Below, piece by piece: positions 18,435-27,241 of a stretch of 55,638 bases of DNA. Each line of letters starts with the position of its first letter. Position 1 is the stretch's first letter. Below the pieces are notes generated by a model. That model did no database searches. It was not told the origin of the DNA and saw nothing but the letters and a program-made list of their open reading frames with translations. The DNA comes from a virus (taxonomy: Duplodnaviria; Caudoviricetes): positions 1 to 55,638 of the IMG/VR virus record IMGVR_UViG_3300028802_000018; one strand, given 5' to 3'. The position numbers and the translations under genes were made by a program.

Positions 18435-19244
18435 TTAATCCACCCCATCCGCGCCCTGCTGAGACATCTGAACCAGCTTCGCTTGATCCAACGCCTGCCG
18501 CCCCTCGATCTCACGAGAGCGCAACGCCAATTCAGCCCGTTGCAATTCCGCATCGGTCTGTGCCTTCTCCTGATCCGCCCGGAGCTTGGCCTGCGCCGCC
18601 ATCATTTTCATCGCATCCGACGCAGCATCCGCCTGGACCTTCATCTGCGTCTGCGCCATATCACTCTTGATCTGAGCGTGCCCGAGTTGGGTCTCCATGT
18701 GCGTCTCAGCCAGGGATTTTCCCTTGTGCTCCTGCTGCGGAGCCTGTGGGGGCATCTGCTGCATCTTCTCCAGCGCCGATTCCAGCGCATCCTCAAGCTG
18801 CCTTGATGCCGGGAACGCATGGAAGGCAAACTTGATCATCTCAGCCGCCAGCGGGGCCAGAGCCGGTGCAGCCATCATCTGCGGCACCATAACCTGCATG
18901 AACGGCACGATCGCTAGCAAGAACTCCGTCCGCGCTGCCTTCTCCGCTTCCTCATCCGCCGCAACCGTACTGTCGGCCTCAATGTCTATCTGGTACGACT
19001 TGCAGACATCATCCTTGAGCAGCGCACATGCAGCCGCGAATTTCTCCTGCCGCTGCTGGGCCTCCTGGTCATAAGCCTCTTTCATCTTCAGCCATTGCTG
19101 AAACTCCGGGTTGAGCATCATCTGAGGCTGTTGCGGCGGCATCATGCCAAACCCGCCCGGCATCATTGGCATCCCCGGCGGCGGGCCACCGGGCATCGGT
19201 GGAGCCGGTGCGCCGGGGAACGGCGTAACGTTTGAGCCGATCAT
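18435..19244 (-). CDS. Portal protein, C-terminal fragment
   Basis: LLKDD...YQIDIEADSTVAADEEAEKAARTEFL..., F.ASRQLED and Gln-rich coiled coil, the usual C-terminal part of this portal type; Pro/Met-rich start. Confidence 0.78.
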   Translation of the reverse strand: MIGSNVTPFPGAPAPPMPGGPPPGMPMMPGGFGMMPPQQPQMMLNPEFQQWLKMKEAYDQEAQQRQEKFAAACALLKDDVCKSYQIDIEADSTVAADEEAEKAARTEFLLAIVPFMQVMVPQMMAAPALAPLAAEMIKFAFHAFPASRQLEDALESALEKMQQMPPQAPQQEHKGKSLAETHMETQLGHAQIKSDMAQTQMKVQADAASDAMKMMAAQAKLRADQEKAQTDAELQRAELALRSREIEGRQALDQAKLVQMSQQGADGVD

Positions 19245-19408
19245 TTCAGCGTCTCCAGAGCCACAATCACCCGCCGCAAGAACGCCGCATAGCTATTGAT
19301 CTCAACCACCGTCATCGGCTTCGTTAACCGCGCGGCAATCACCCCGTTCGCTTTGGCGATACAATGCGCCAACTCGCTCATCGCAGCGGCTTCCTCGTCG
19401 GCTATCAT
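19241..19408 (-). CDS. 55-aa hypothetical protein inside the split portal locus
   Basis: Hand-translated MIADEEAAAMSELAHCIAKANG...ALETLK; ATGA overlaps at both ends. Confidence 0.6.
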   Translation of the reverse strand: MIADEEAAAMSELAHCIAKANGVIAARLTKPMTVVEINSYAAFLRRVIVALETLK

Positions 19409-20622
19409 GGCGTCATACCTTCATCTGAACCCATCGTAGCGGCCCCCGACGTAATCAGCCCCGCCAACCCGTATTTGCGAATGATGTCGATCAGCTTGTC
19501 GTCGAACATGACGTAGTTGCTGGTGCCCGGTGCCGCCGTTTCCGCAATGCGAGGCAAATCGACACCCGACTTGATCAACCGCAAAGCATCGTCGGCCGTC
19601 CCCGATCCTATATTCATCAACCGAATTAACGCAGTCGCGCGGTCTCCCCTCGCATCCTGTAGCGCATTAGCGGCAATATGCGATGGATTGCTCATATCAA
19701 GCGGCGCGTCGTTGATTGACCTTATCGGCGCAATGTTCCGACTCCCCTGGTCGAGGTAGCGGATGCCGGGAATGCCGGCTTCACGGAGGCGTGCGGACAC
19801 AGCCGCATCGGTCATTTCTAACGGATCGCCGCCCCTATTGAACAAATCAGCAGCAGTGTAACGATTTCGCCCGGCCCGCTGAATAAAATCACCCAAATGC
19901 ATACCACTATCGCCGATATAAGAAGCTGCTCCCCCAGCATTCTCCAACCCTTTGGACACACTCTCGCTTTGCAATGCCAACGGCTTGTCCCAATCGAGCA
20001 GGCGCGCCGGGTCCGCGTTGATGTCTACTTCGTACATGCGGCCGGGGTCTTGAACAATCTTCACCTTTGCCGGGTCCATTTGCCTTACTAGACGCTCTGT
20101 CTCATCCAGATAATTCTGATCAGCCATACGTCCGGGGCGAAGCGCATGTTTGATGTAGTCAAGAACGCTTCCAACGCTTCCCCTTTGATCCAACAAATTA
20201 GCGGCATTTTGCTCAGCGCCGCTCAACTCCCTGCCGTCATAGGTCCATTTGGTAGCACTTGGAGCCAACGCATCCCGATACCCTCGCGCCACCCCCTCAT
20301 TCTCAGCAAAGTACAACCCATGCCCGTAAGCCTGCGCCCCCTCGCCCGTGCCGATCTTCGACATATCGAACTTGTCGAAATCGTGCGGGCTGCCGTGGAA
20401 CGCCCTGATAGCACCCCTACCAACATTGCGGATCGCCCCGCCCCCGAACCCCTGCCCAATGTCCATCGGGCTTTGCTCATACCACGGCTTCATACCCATT
20501 GCGTTAGACAACCCACCCTCTGGCCCTGTCAGCCACGCCAGAACCTTCGCAAGCCCACTAGCCGGATCAGTCGTTGTTACCTGATCGTCCTGCGTCAGCA
20601 AACCTGCCAGCGTGTCAGGCAT
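19405..20622 (-). CDS. ADP-ribosyltransferase-like (ART-PolyVal-type) protein
   Basis: AFHGSPHDFDKF..SKIGTGEGAQAYGHGLYFAE, MYEVDI, LLDWDKPL, GIPGIRYLDQGSR, NYVMFDD. Confidence 0.65.
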   Translation of the reverse strand: MPDTLAGLLTQDDQVTTTDPASGLAKVLAWLTGPEGGLSNAMGMKPWYEQSPMDIGQGFGGGAIRNVGRGAIRAFHGSPHDFDKFDMSKIGTGEGAQAYGHGLYFAENEGVARGYRDALAPSATKWTYDGRELSGAEQNAANLLDQRGSVGSVLDYIKHALRPGRMADQNYLDETERLVRQMDPAKVKIVQDPGRMYEVDINADPARLLDWDKPLALQSESVSKGLENAGGAASYIGDSGMHLGDFIQRAGRNRYTAADLFNRGGDPLEMTDAAVSARLREAGIPGIRYLDQGSRNIAPIRSINDAPLDMSNPSHIAANALQDARGDRATALIRLMNIGSGTADDALRLIKSGVDLPRIAETAAPGTSNYVMFDDKLIDIIRKYGLAGLITSGAATMGSDEGMTP

Positions 20623-20827
20623 CGATCATCTCTTGCGTCATGTCATAATAAATCTTCCACTCAACAGGACCAATAGCTCCGCGCTTACTATCTCCATCGA
20701 ATGCCGCACTCAGCTTCTCATCGTGACCATCAAGCAAATACCACCCAGTTGACGGGTAGTATTTGGCAATAGGTATGCGCTCGTTTGTTCTGTCGTTGAC
20801 CAGCCACATCACATTATTCGACATCAC
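20615..20827 (-). CDS. 70-aa hypothetical protein inside the split portal locus
   Basis: Start overlaps portal N-fragment stop; IAKYYPSTGWY. Confidence 0.6.
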   Translation of the reverse strand: MMSNNVMWLVNDRTNERIPIAKYYPSTGWYLLDGHDEKLSAAFDGDSKRGAIGPVEWKIYYDMTQEMIDA

Positions 20828-22509
20828 GCAATCCTCGGCACAGGCGGGACCGGGGGCGGTATCGACGGGACGCCCCCGGCCCCTCCTGGCGCAGCCTGGA
20901 CAGGCTGGGGACCAAGACCCGGCTGCATCGGCGGACCACCGTTGTGCCCCATTAGAGGCATCCCTGGCGGTCCTTGTGGTGGTGGTGGTAGCCCAGGAGG
21001 CCCAGGCGGCTGCATCTGCGGCGGCGGCGCAGGCACCATCATCGGCGGCATGGGCGGCATCTGTGGCATCGGCTCCGGTAACCCCGACATTCTCGCCAGT
21101 GTCTCAGGCGAGAAATGCCGCGCAATCACCGCCCCCCGCAACCGCATCAAGTCCCTAGCGAACTTCGCTACCTTCTTCTGTTGCCGCGTAATCCTACGGG
21201 TGGCGAACTGCGACTTCAGCTTCTGCGCCCCAAGCGTCTCGTTCGGATCAGTCTCCCCCCGGAGAATATCAGCCATCCCCGTAATCTCGTACAGCGTCCG
21301 CTTCACCCGCTCCCGTGCGTCGTAAAGCTGGATCAACACCTTGGCGATCTGCTCCATCGGCAACCACATGATCGCCTTCTCAAGCCCGCCCTTATCAGCG
21401 TAAATCGCCGCCTGATCAATCGGGATCAGCACGTTCTCCTTGCCGCTGTCATCGACAAGCTGCTGGATGTCCGCCTTGAAGCTAGCATCATACAAACCCT
21501 TAACCCCGAGTGCCGACGTTAGCTTATCAATGCGCCCCGTCAGAACGTCAAGCTCAATCGCCTGATCCTGATACTCTGAATAATCCGCAACAGGCACCAT
21601 TGTTTCGTTCGTGGTCGTCGCGGTCAGCGGTTGAGGAGATGGAAAGAACCCCGGTACACCCAAAGGATCGGGCTTCTGATCGCAAGGCCCATCGGTATAC
21701 GACGGTGCGACCCAAATCACTCGCTTCTTGTCTTTATCCCATATCTCCCAGATTTGCGCTTTTTTAAAAGCATCCGCCTGCGGCCCCTTCTCCCCGTCGT
21801 CATCCAACCCCTTCGGCGTATAGTCGAGTACGATCGCATTACCTACCTTCTTGCCAAACCGTTTCACCAACTCCGCACGGGTCTGGTACGAGCGAAATGC
21901 CACCCACCACACATCATATCGTGATCTGGCAGGGCTAGTCCTGTAATCCTCCCAGAACACATATCGCACTGGTGCCCGTTCATCCTCGACCGGGCAGAAC
22001 GTCGGCATCTTACCGTCTTCATCCGGCACCCCTTCAGGGTCGTCCTCCGGCTCTCCGTATTCCGCTTCGTAATAGACCCGCGCCACCCCCCGACCAGGGA
22101 GCAGCACATCCTCGACAGCGCACTGCATGACCTGATCAAACTCATCGAGGTCATCCTCATAGGACAACGCCCGCTCTAGTATCTCCGCACCCATCAATGC
22201 CACCGGATCGGCGCTCTTGTGCCGGCGTTGCACATCGGGCTTCGGAGTGCGGCCATAGAGGATAGGCTTCAGCGTCTCGACGTTCGACCACAGGATATTG
22301 AACTTCACCGAATTTCGCGTCGCCGTCATGTTGTCCCGACGCTCGTCCCGGTACCGCTTGACGATCAGCCGGCCAGTCTTAATCCATTTACGGTCCTCGC
22401 GCTCGGCCAGCTTAAGCTGCTGCAACCAGAAGCGCGCGACATCGCCAGGATCATCCCCTGCATCCTCGCGGGTCTCCAGAGGGTCGGTGTAATTACCGTA
22501 ATCGGCCAT
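20824..22509 (-). CDS. Portal protein, N-terminal fragment
   Basis: FNILWSNVETLKP.LY.R.PKPDV.RR, LLPGRG..RV, WEIWDK, FFP.PQPL, PVADY..YQDQA.ELD, YEITG.ADI.RG; ends in Pro-rich tract. Confidence 0.88.
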   Translation of the reverse strand: MADYGNYTDPLETREDAGDDPGDVARFWLQQLKLAEREDRKWIKTGRLIVKRYRDERRDNMTATRNSVKFNILWSNVETLKPILYGRTPKPDVQRRHKSADPVALMGAEILERALSYEDDLDEFDQVMQCAVEDVLLPGRGVARVYYEAEYGEPEDDPEGVPDEDGKMPTFCPVEDERAPVRYVFWEDYRTSPARSRYDVWWVAFRSYQTRAELVKRFGKKVGNAIVLDYTPKGLDDDGEKGPQADAFKKAQIWEIWDKDKKRVIWVAPSYTDGPCDQKPDPLGVPGFFPSPQPLTATTTNETMVPVADYSEYQDQAIELDVLTGRIDKLTSALGVKGLYDASFKADIQQLVDDSGKENVLIPIDQAAIYADKGGLEKAIMWLPMEQIAKVLIQLYDARERVKRTLYEITGMADILRGETDPNETLGAQKLKSQFATRRITRQQKKVAKFARDLMRLRGAVIARHFSPETLARMSGLPEPMPQMPPMPPMMVPAPPPQMQPPGPPGLPPPPQGPPGMPLMGHNGGPPMQPGLGPQPVQAAPGGAGGVPSIPPPVPPVPRIA

Positions 22510-22667
22510 TACAACACCACCGTAATCAGATCAGCCATCGGTCACCCAAAAGTCTAAACCCAATCCGGGCTGCGTAGGCCAGAACAAATATGCCCCGAGC
22601 GCGAACACAAGCAAGGTAGCAAAACATGCCCATGATATGTGTGTGCGAGAGATCGGCCCATATCCCA

Positions 22668-24155
22668 TCATACCCTCTGCGTCCGCCCATTCCCCGAATT
22701 ACGCTTAATCGCCCAATTATCCAGTTCCGAATAGGTCATATCGGTAAGACCACGGACAGGCAATTGCGGCTTCATCTCATCGCCCCCGACCAGCATCGCC
22801 AGCATCCGCCCGATCAGGCTCAGAGCGTCAACCTGATCGTCATTCTTACCCGCCGGGAAGCGCAATAACTCTGACACCAAATCAGCCGTCCACGATGCAT
22901 TGCGTGGGAAATAAACCTTACCCATCGACATGCGAGCCTGAAACGACCGCGCCCGCGTCGGTTTATCGGTTGCCGATATGAACGGCCGACGATACCCGTA
23001 AACCTTACGCTCCAGTTGCCTTTTGAGGATAAACGGCCCGAGACTTTTCAATATCTGCCCCTGTTCCTCGGCCCATTGTATGGTCTTCCAACGGGCCATC
23101 ATGTCTAGGAAAGCCTCGATCCAATCTTCCGAATCCGTCTGTTCTCGCCACCAATCGAGAATAAAGATATTGTCGTCGGGATCAACCCCAACAACGCCAT
23201 GCACCGTGTAGTCCCCACCCTCAGCCGTTACCGCGTAATCACTCGCCCCATAAGTCCGTAACGTGCGAATATCAGGCACATCATCGTACCAGCGAAGCCA
23301 CTCTTGGCGAAAATAATATCCCGTGTCGGGGACCGGCTCCTGTTGATACAGCGCCGACCAGTTACGCACGTCGCGCTTGGCCTCGGCGAACATCGCAGGC
23401 GTAAACCATTCAGGCCATAGCGGCTCGCCAGGAAAGCGACCAAGCGGATCATCAATGCCCGCCTCAGCCGGGAGAGACAAGATATCCCATTGCTCCCCAC
23501 CCGTCGCCTGCTCTGCCAGCAACCGACCCGCAAGGTCATCCTCATGCCATCGTGTCAGAATCAGCACTATACGCCCCCCAGGCTTGAGCCTGGGCCAGAA
23601 GTCCGCCTTGTACCAATCCCATACCCGTTGTCTGATAGCAGCGCTATCAGCCTCCGCACGGCCCTTTACAGGGTCATCGATGATGCCAAGGTCCGCGCGG
23701 CGTCCCGTAACAGAGGCGTCAACGCCGACAGCATAGTACTCCCCACCCCTGGCTGTCTCCCACCGGCCGGCTGCGGCGTTGTCCCCCGATAACCCGAAAC
23801 CAAACACCCGCCTGAACTCGCTCGACCCGACTAGATTGCGGACGCGCCGACCAAACCGCTCGGCAAGCTCCCCCGCATGGCTCGCCCCGATGATGCTCTT
23901 CTTGGGATTACGCCCCAGGAACCATGGCGGGAACAGGATTGAGGCATAGGTGCTCTTGGCCGAGCCGGGAGGCATCATGATCATCAGCCGCGTGATATCA
24001 CCGCGCTCAACCGCCTCCAACCTCGACAGCAACAGTCGATGATGCCGCGCCGGGATAGTATCCGGCGACAACACGTCAATGCAGCTTGCTAGGCTTCTCC
24101 GAGCCTGCATCCGCAACAGCAATTCCGTTGCTGCCTCGACGGGCGATGGTGGCAA
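22668..24155 (-). CDS. terL: Terminase large subunit
   Basis: Walker A MPPGSAKS, Walker B IIDDP, TRWH, RNase-H-like DYA...D..V and FP.G.NDDQVD. Confidence 0.95.
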   Translation of the reverse strand: MPPSPVEAATELLLRMQARRSLASCIDVLSPDTIPARHHRLLLSRLEAVERGDITRLMIMMPPGSAKSTYASILFPPWFLGRNPKKSIIGASHAGELAERFGRRVRNLVGSSEFRRVFGFGLSGDNAAAGRWETARGGEYYAVGVDASVTGRRADLGIIDDPVKGRAEADSAAIRQRVWDWYKADFWPRLKPGGRIVLILTRWHEDDLAGRLLAEQATGGEQWDILSLPAEAGIDDPLGRFPGEPLWPEWFTPAMFAEAKRDVRNWSALYQQEPVPDTGYYFRQEWLRWYDDVPDIRTLRTYGASDYAVTAEGGDYTVHGVVGVDPDDNIFILDWWREQTDSEDWIEAFLDMMARWKTIQWAEEQGQILKSLGPFILKRQLERKVYGYRRPFISATDKPTRARSFQARMSMGKVYFPRNASWTADLVSELLRFPAGKNDDQVDALSLIGRMLAMLVGGDEMKPQLPVRGLTDMTYSELDNWAIKRNSGNGRTQRV

Positions 24156-24603
24156 GCTCTTCCTCCGTCATCTCCGTGGCGAACTCGCCAGGGCGGCCAC
24201 TCTCCCGGCGCTCAATAAACATGCCAATCTCCTTGCCAAGAAGTTCTAGGGCGCGATTGGCAACGCTGCCCTCATAACGATACTCGCCGACAGGATTGCC
24301 ATCACTATCGAATACAGGCTGAGATTGCAACGCTCTCTCGGCATTCTCGCGCAGCTTGGTCATGACCCACGCCTTATCCACGGCGGCTTTTTCGATAGCG
24401 CGCTCTGTAGCCTTGGCGCTAGCATGCTCTCTTGCGGCAAGAATTTCCCCCACCCGTTGAGCTATGCTGGCGTTGTGTTGAAGTCGCCACGCCGAGCTTC
24501 GGTCAGGGCTATATCCGGCAAGACGATGCGCCTCAATAGCTGTCGTACCCTTCGCAAGCTCCTGAGCGAAGCGCTCATGACGGGGATTTCCGAGGACGGG
24601 CAT
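24076..24603 (-). CDS. terS: Terminase small subunit
   Basis: L.NPRHERFAQ..A.G....A...AGY HTH; ANRALELLGKEIGMF; directly upstream of TerL. Confidence 0.85.
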   Translation of the reverse strand: MPVLGNPRHERFAQELAKGTTAIEAHRLAGYSPDRSSAWRLQHNASIAQRVGEILAAREHASAKATERAIEKAAVDKAWVMTKLRENAERALQSQPVFDSDGNPVGEYRYEGSVANRALELLGKEIGMFIERRESGRPGEFATEMTEEELATIARRGSNGIAVADAGSEKPSKLH

Positions 24604-24797
24604 CAGTGTCCGCGCCCCCATACACTGGCTCGAACGCTAGCAGCAGCGTGAGCCGGCACGTCATACACCCCGAACGGCGTTATCTCACCGTGCTTGCCAC
24701 AAGCTGGGCAGATCACACCGCCACACTCGTCGCATGGGAGTGGAAGTTGATCAACCTGAAGATGGGTGTAACAGGCAAGGCAGATGCTGTCCGTCAT
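24603..24797 (-). CDS. Small Cys-rich zinc-finger-like protein
   Basis: Three CxxC pairs; coupled to neighbours. Confidence 0.55.
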   Translation of the reverse strand: MTDSICLACYTHLQVDQLPLPCDECGGVICPACGKHGEITPFGVYDVPAHAAASVRASVWGRGH

Positions 24798-26587
24798 CTC
24801 CCTCCCCCGCACTGATAGTAAATCTGGCTGCTGTGCATCGTAGCGCTGCCGGTTATCGTCCATGCTGGCGGCGTTCCTGCTGGCGTGGCATATAACGTAA
24901 ACGGATTGGTTGGCGTGAACACACATGAATTAGCTTCTGTCTGGAACGGCATGGTAAGGAGACATGTCGTTGTCGGATTGGTGCTGCCCACAGAAATAAC
25001 GCCAGCTATTGGCCCACCAGACAGTGAAGCCCCTGAGCCGCATGAGCTTACGACAGGCAGAGGCGGTTTGTGGAGCACATTCCCTACATATGAAATCTCA
25101 CCAGCCCCGCTCGTGACAATATCCACAGTCCCCGTCATATCCGCAGAGATATTACCAATAAATTGTTGCTCACCAGTTCCTAGGGCTACAGTCGCGAGAT
25201 CATACAAATATGCAACGCGATTACCAGATAGAACGAACCCATCCATACCAGATGCGATGCGCAAGCCGTGATGCTTCGTACTAGCCGGCACGCCACTGAA
25301 TAGATTATTACGAAGCTCAACGTGTGTTCCTGAAACTGACGCTGTAGCATTTACGAGATAGAAATCTGTGCCATCATTATTACTTCCGAAAGCAACACTG
25401 CTATTACTAATGTATACGGATGCACCTGCCGTCTCGATAAGCGAACCTGCCGCAGTGTTGTAAAGGGAATCACGCAACCTGAGCGCCCCAAGCGTCCCCA
25501 GCTTGAACGCCGTAGCCTTGCCCCCTGTGCCGCTGCCAGTGAAGGCATCCGCTTTACCCGCCGTGCAGGAGTTGCACCGCATTGTGAAATTGTTAAGCGT
25601 GCCGCCGGCCGTCGTATCGATGTGCGTTACCACACCATCAATCGCCATATCGATATTACCGAAATCTATCCTTGCCGTATTATCAAGCTTGAATCCCCAT
25701 CCCCACGCAAAGGCTGTTCCGTTGATGATCGATATAACCGCTCCAGGTCCGGTGATCGGAGCAATGATATGAAACATACTATTGAGTCCGCTCGCCAAAT
25801 CGACAGCGGTTTTAACAGCAAATGTCGAGCCGGCAGCATCAAGCCAAGCGCCATGCCCGAAACCGACATTAGAAAATAGCATATACGAACCAACAGATGC
25901 TACAGTAAACAAATCATGTACCGCATACAGAACAGAGTTGTTTATGAAAAAAAGCCCAATGCCACCAGACGAAGCGCTCTGCTTGTACCCGTCGTATGCG
26001 TTAATAATGCGAATGTTATCCCAGTACATGTTGAAAACACCAACTGGGGTATCGGTAAACAACGGTGGGTATACCGTAACGCCATCAATCTGATTAGGCC
26101 AATAAAAATTAATACCCTTCAGTGTTATCCCTCCATCGCCTAAAATAAATGGTATAGTTGATGTACTTGTTAGTAAGAAGGTCGTCCCTTTTAGCGCTCC
26201 CCCTCCGGGGGCAACTCCGGCCCCCTCCATTGAGCAACTATTCATGTTAAGGCTAGCTACGCCGGTCAATAGAATTGACCCAGGCGGGAGGATCAGCCTT
26301 CCCTTAACCGCAGCGCACGCCGTGAGCGCTGCCTGCATCGCAGCATCGTCGGATGTCGTCCCGTTCGCGACAACGCCATATGCCGACGCATAAATCTGCG
26401 CCCCGGAGCCTTCGGCGGGGGTGGGAACCATAGCCGCAGCGATCGCTGCATTGAGTTGCGACGTGGGGATCGGGCACCCGCCCGTGAACGGATAGGTATT
26501 GACCTGCGGGCAATGCGCCTGCGCCGCAGCTAGGCTCGGAGAAAAGGCCACGCCAAGCCAGACAGCCGCAGCGGCGATAAATTTCAT
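24794..26587 (-). CDS. Pectate-lyase-3-like beta-helix protein with Sec signal peptide (597 aa)
   Basis: MKFIAAAAVWLGVAFSPSLAAA-Q; YGVVANGTTSDDAAMQAAL...LILPPG; GGGAG RBS before ATG 26587. Confidence 0.78.
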   Translation of the reverse strand: MKFIAAAAVWLGVAFSPSLAAAQAHCPQVNTYPFTGGCPIPTSQLNAAIAAAMVPTPAEGSGAQIYASAYGVVANGTTSDDAAMQAALTACAAVKGRLILPPGSILLTGVASLNMNSCSMEGAGVAPGGGALKGTTFLLTSTSTIPFILGDGGITLKGINFYWPNQIDGVTVYPPLFTDTPVGVFNMYWDNIRIINAYDGYKQSASSGGIGLFFINNSVLYAVHDLFTVASVGSYMLFSNVGFGHGAWLDAAGSTFAVKTAVDLASGLNSMFHIIAPITGPGAVISIINGTAFAWGWGFKLDNTARIDFGNIDMAIDGVVTHIDTTAGGTLNNFTMRCNSCTAGKADAFTGSGTGGKATAFKLGTLGALRLRDSLYNTAAGSLIETAGASVYISNSSVAFGSNNDGTDFYLVNATASVSGTHVELRNNLFSGVPASTKHHGLRIASGMDGFVLSGNRVAYLYDLATVALGTGEQQFIGNISADMTGTVDIVTSGAGEISYVGNVLHKPPLPVVSSCGSGASLSGGPIAGVISVGSTNPTTTCLLTMPFQTEANSCVFTPTNPFTLYATPAGTPPAWTITGSATMHSSQIYYQCGGGR

Positions 26588-26614
26588 ATGCCCCGTACTC
26601 CCGACGCTCTTGGG

Positions 26615-26644
26615 CATATGGCACAGGTTGTATGGGGTTGTCAA
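26615..26644 (-). promoter_or_regulatory. Putative sigma70 promoter for the packaging/virion operon
   Basis: TTGACA at 26644-26639, GCCATATG at -10 distance; -10 overlapped by a CATATGCCC inverted repeat arm. Confidence 0.5.
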
Positions 26645-26711
26645 GGCTCACGCTAGGGGTGGCGTACCAACCCTGACCCACATTTTTCTGTCATCACAGC
26701 AACATTTCCTC

Positions 26712-26740
26712 TTGTCATGGCAGCACAGAAGCCCCATCTT
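26712..26740 (+). promoter_or_regulatory. Putative sigma70 promoter for the small-gene operon
   Basis: TTGTCA-N17-CATCTT; TGTCAT-NN-CAGCA direct repeat at 26689 and 26713. Confidence 0.5.
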
Positions 26741-26814
26741 AGCATTGTTGGACAGCGACACGGCAGCCCGGTGGAAGCCCCGGACCAAGGGCCGAGAGAT
26801 ACGGCGAGAGACAA

Positions 26815-26859
26815 GGGTCACGCCGTACAGTCGGCGTCTGATGAGCAGGAGCGAAACCC
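26815..26859 (+). ncRNA. Hammerhead ribozyme, type III
   Basis: GGGUC^ACGCCG-UACAGU-CGGCGU-CUGAUGA-GC-AGGA-GC-GAA-ACCC: all core nucleotides, 6-bp stem I, 2-bp stem II, 4-bp stem III; cleavage after C26819. Confidence 0.85.
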
Positions 26860-26860
26860 G

Positions 26861-27058
26861 ATGACCAAGACCTACGACGTACTGTACCAGAACCGGGGCG
26901 ACGAGCACATCAGCCGCGTCGCCCTGGTTACCAAGTCCCTCCCCAAGGCACGAGCATACTGCCGGGAACTCAAGGGACCGCTCACTACCGCCATCCATTA
27001 CGCAATCACCTGCGATGACGGCTCTACCATCATCGACACCAGCCGCGACGGCATCTAA
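26861..27058 (+). CDS. Small hypothetical protein (65 aa)
   Basis: AGGAG RBS inside the ribozyme; MTKTYDVLYQ. Confidence 0.7.
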   Translation: MTKTYDVLYQNRGDEHISRVALVTKSLPKARAYCRELKGPLTTAIHYAITCDDGSTIIDTSRDGI

Positions 27059-27070
27059 GGAGCACAGCAA

Positions 27071-27241
27071 ATGTCAATGCGCACCGGGGGAACTTACAAC
27101 GGAAAACACTTCGCCGAAACACATACTGAACGCGGCGGACGGCGGTTCTTTATCGACGGCAAACCGACCAAGAAGGCGATATGGCAAGCCGAGCGTGAAG
27201 CAGCAAGACGCGAAGACATCAAACAGGAGCACAGCAGATGA
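27071..27241 (+). CDS. Small hypothetical protein (56 aa)
   Basis: Hand-translated MSMRTGGTYNGKHF...RFFIDGKP; AAGGAG RBS. Confidence 0.65.
   Translation: MSMRTGGTYNGKHFAETHTERGGRRFFIDGKPTKKAIWQAEREAARREDIKQEHSR

Noticed and set aside
19241-20827. Group I/II intron or intein interrupting the portal
   Set aside because: Insert is fully occupied by coupled ORFs; no RT/maturase, homing nuclease or intein termini
22510-22670. Small gene between terL and portal
   Set aside because: Two overlapping 43-48 aa frames are equally plausible; cannot choose from sequence alone
195-26093. Numerous plus-strand ORFs opposite the virion genes
   Set aside because: Antisense shadows of GC-rich coding sequence with no recognisable motifs
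26755-26800. Twister or twister-sister ribozyme (GGUGGAAGCC loop)
   Set aside because: The loop is similar, but the twister UAA and pseudoknot partner and the twister-sister GCUCA strand are absent
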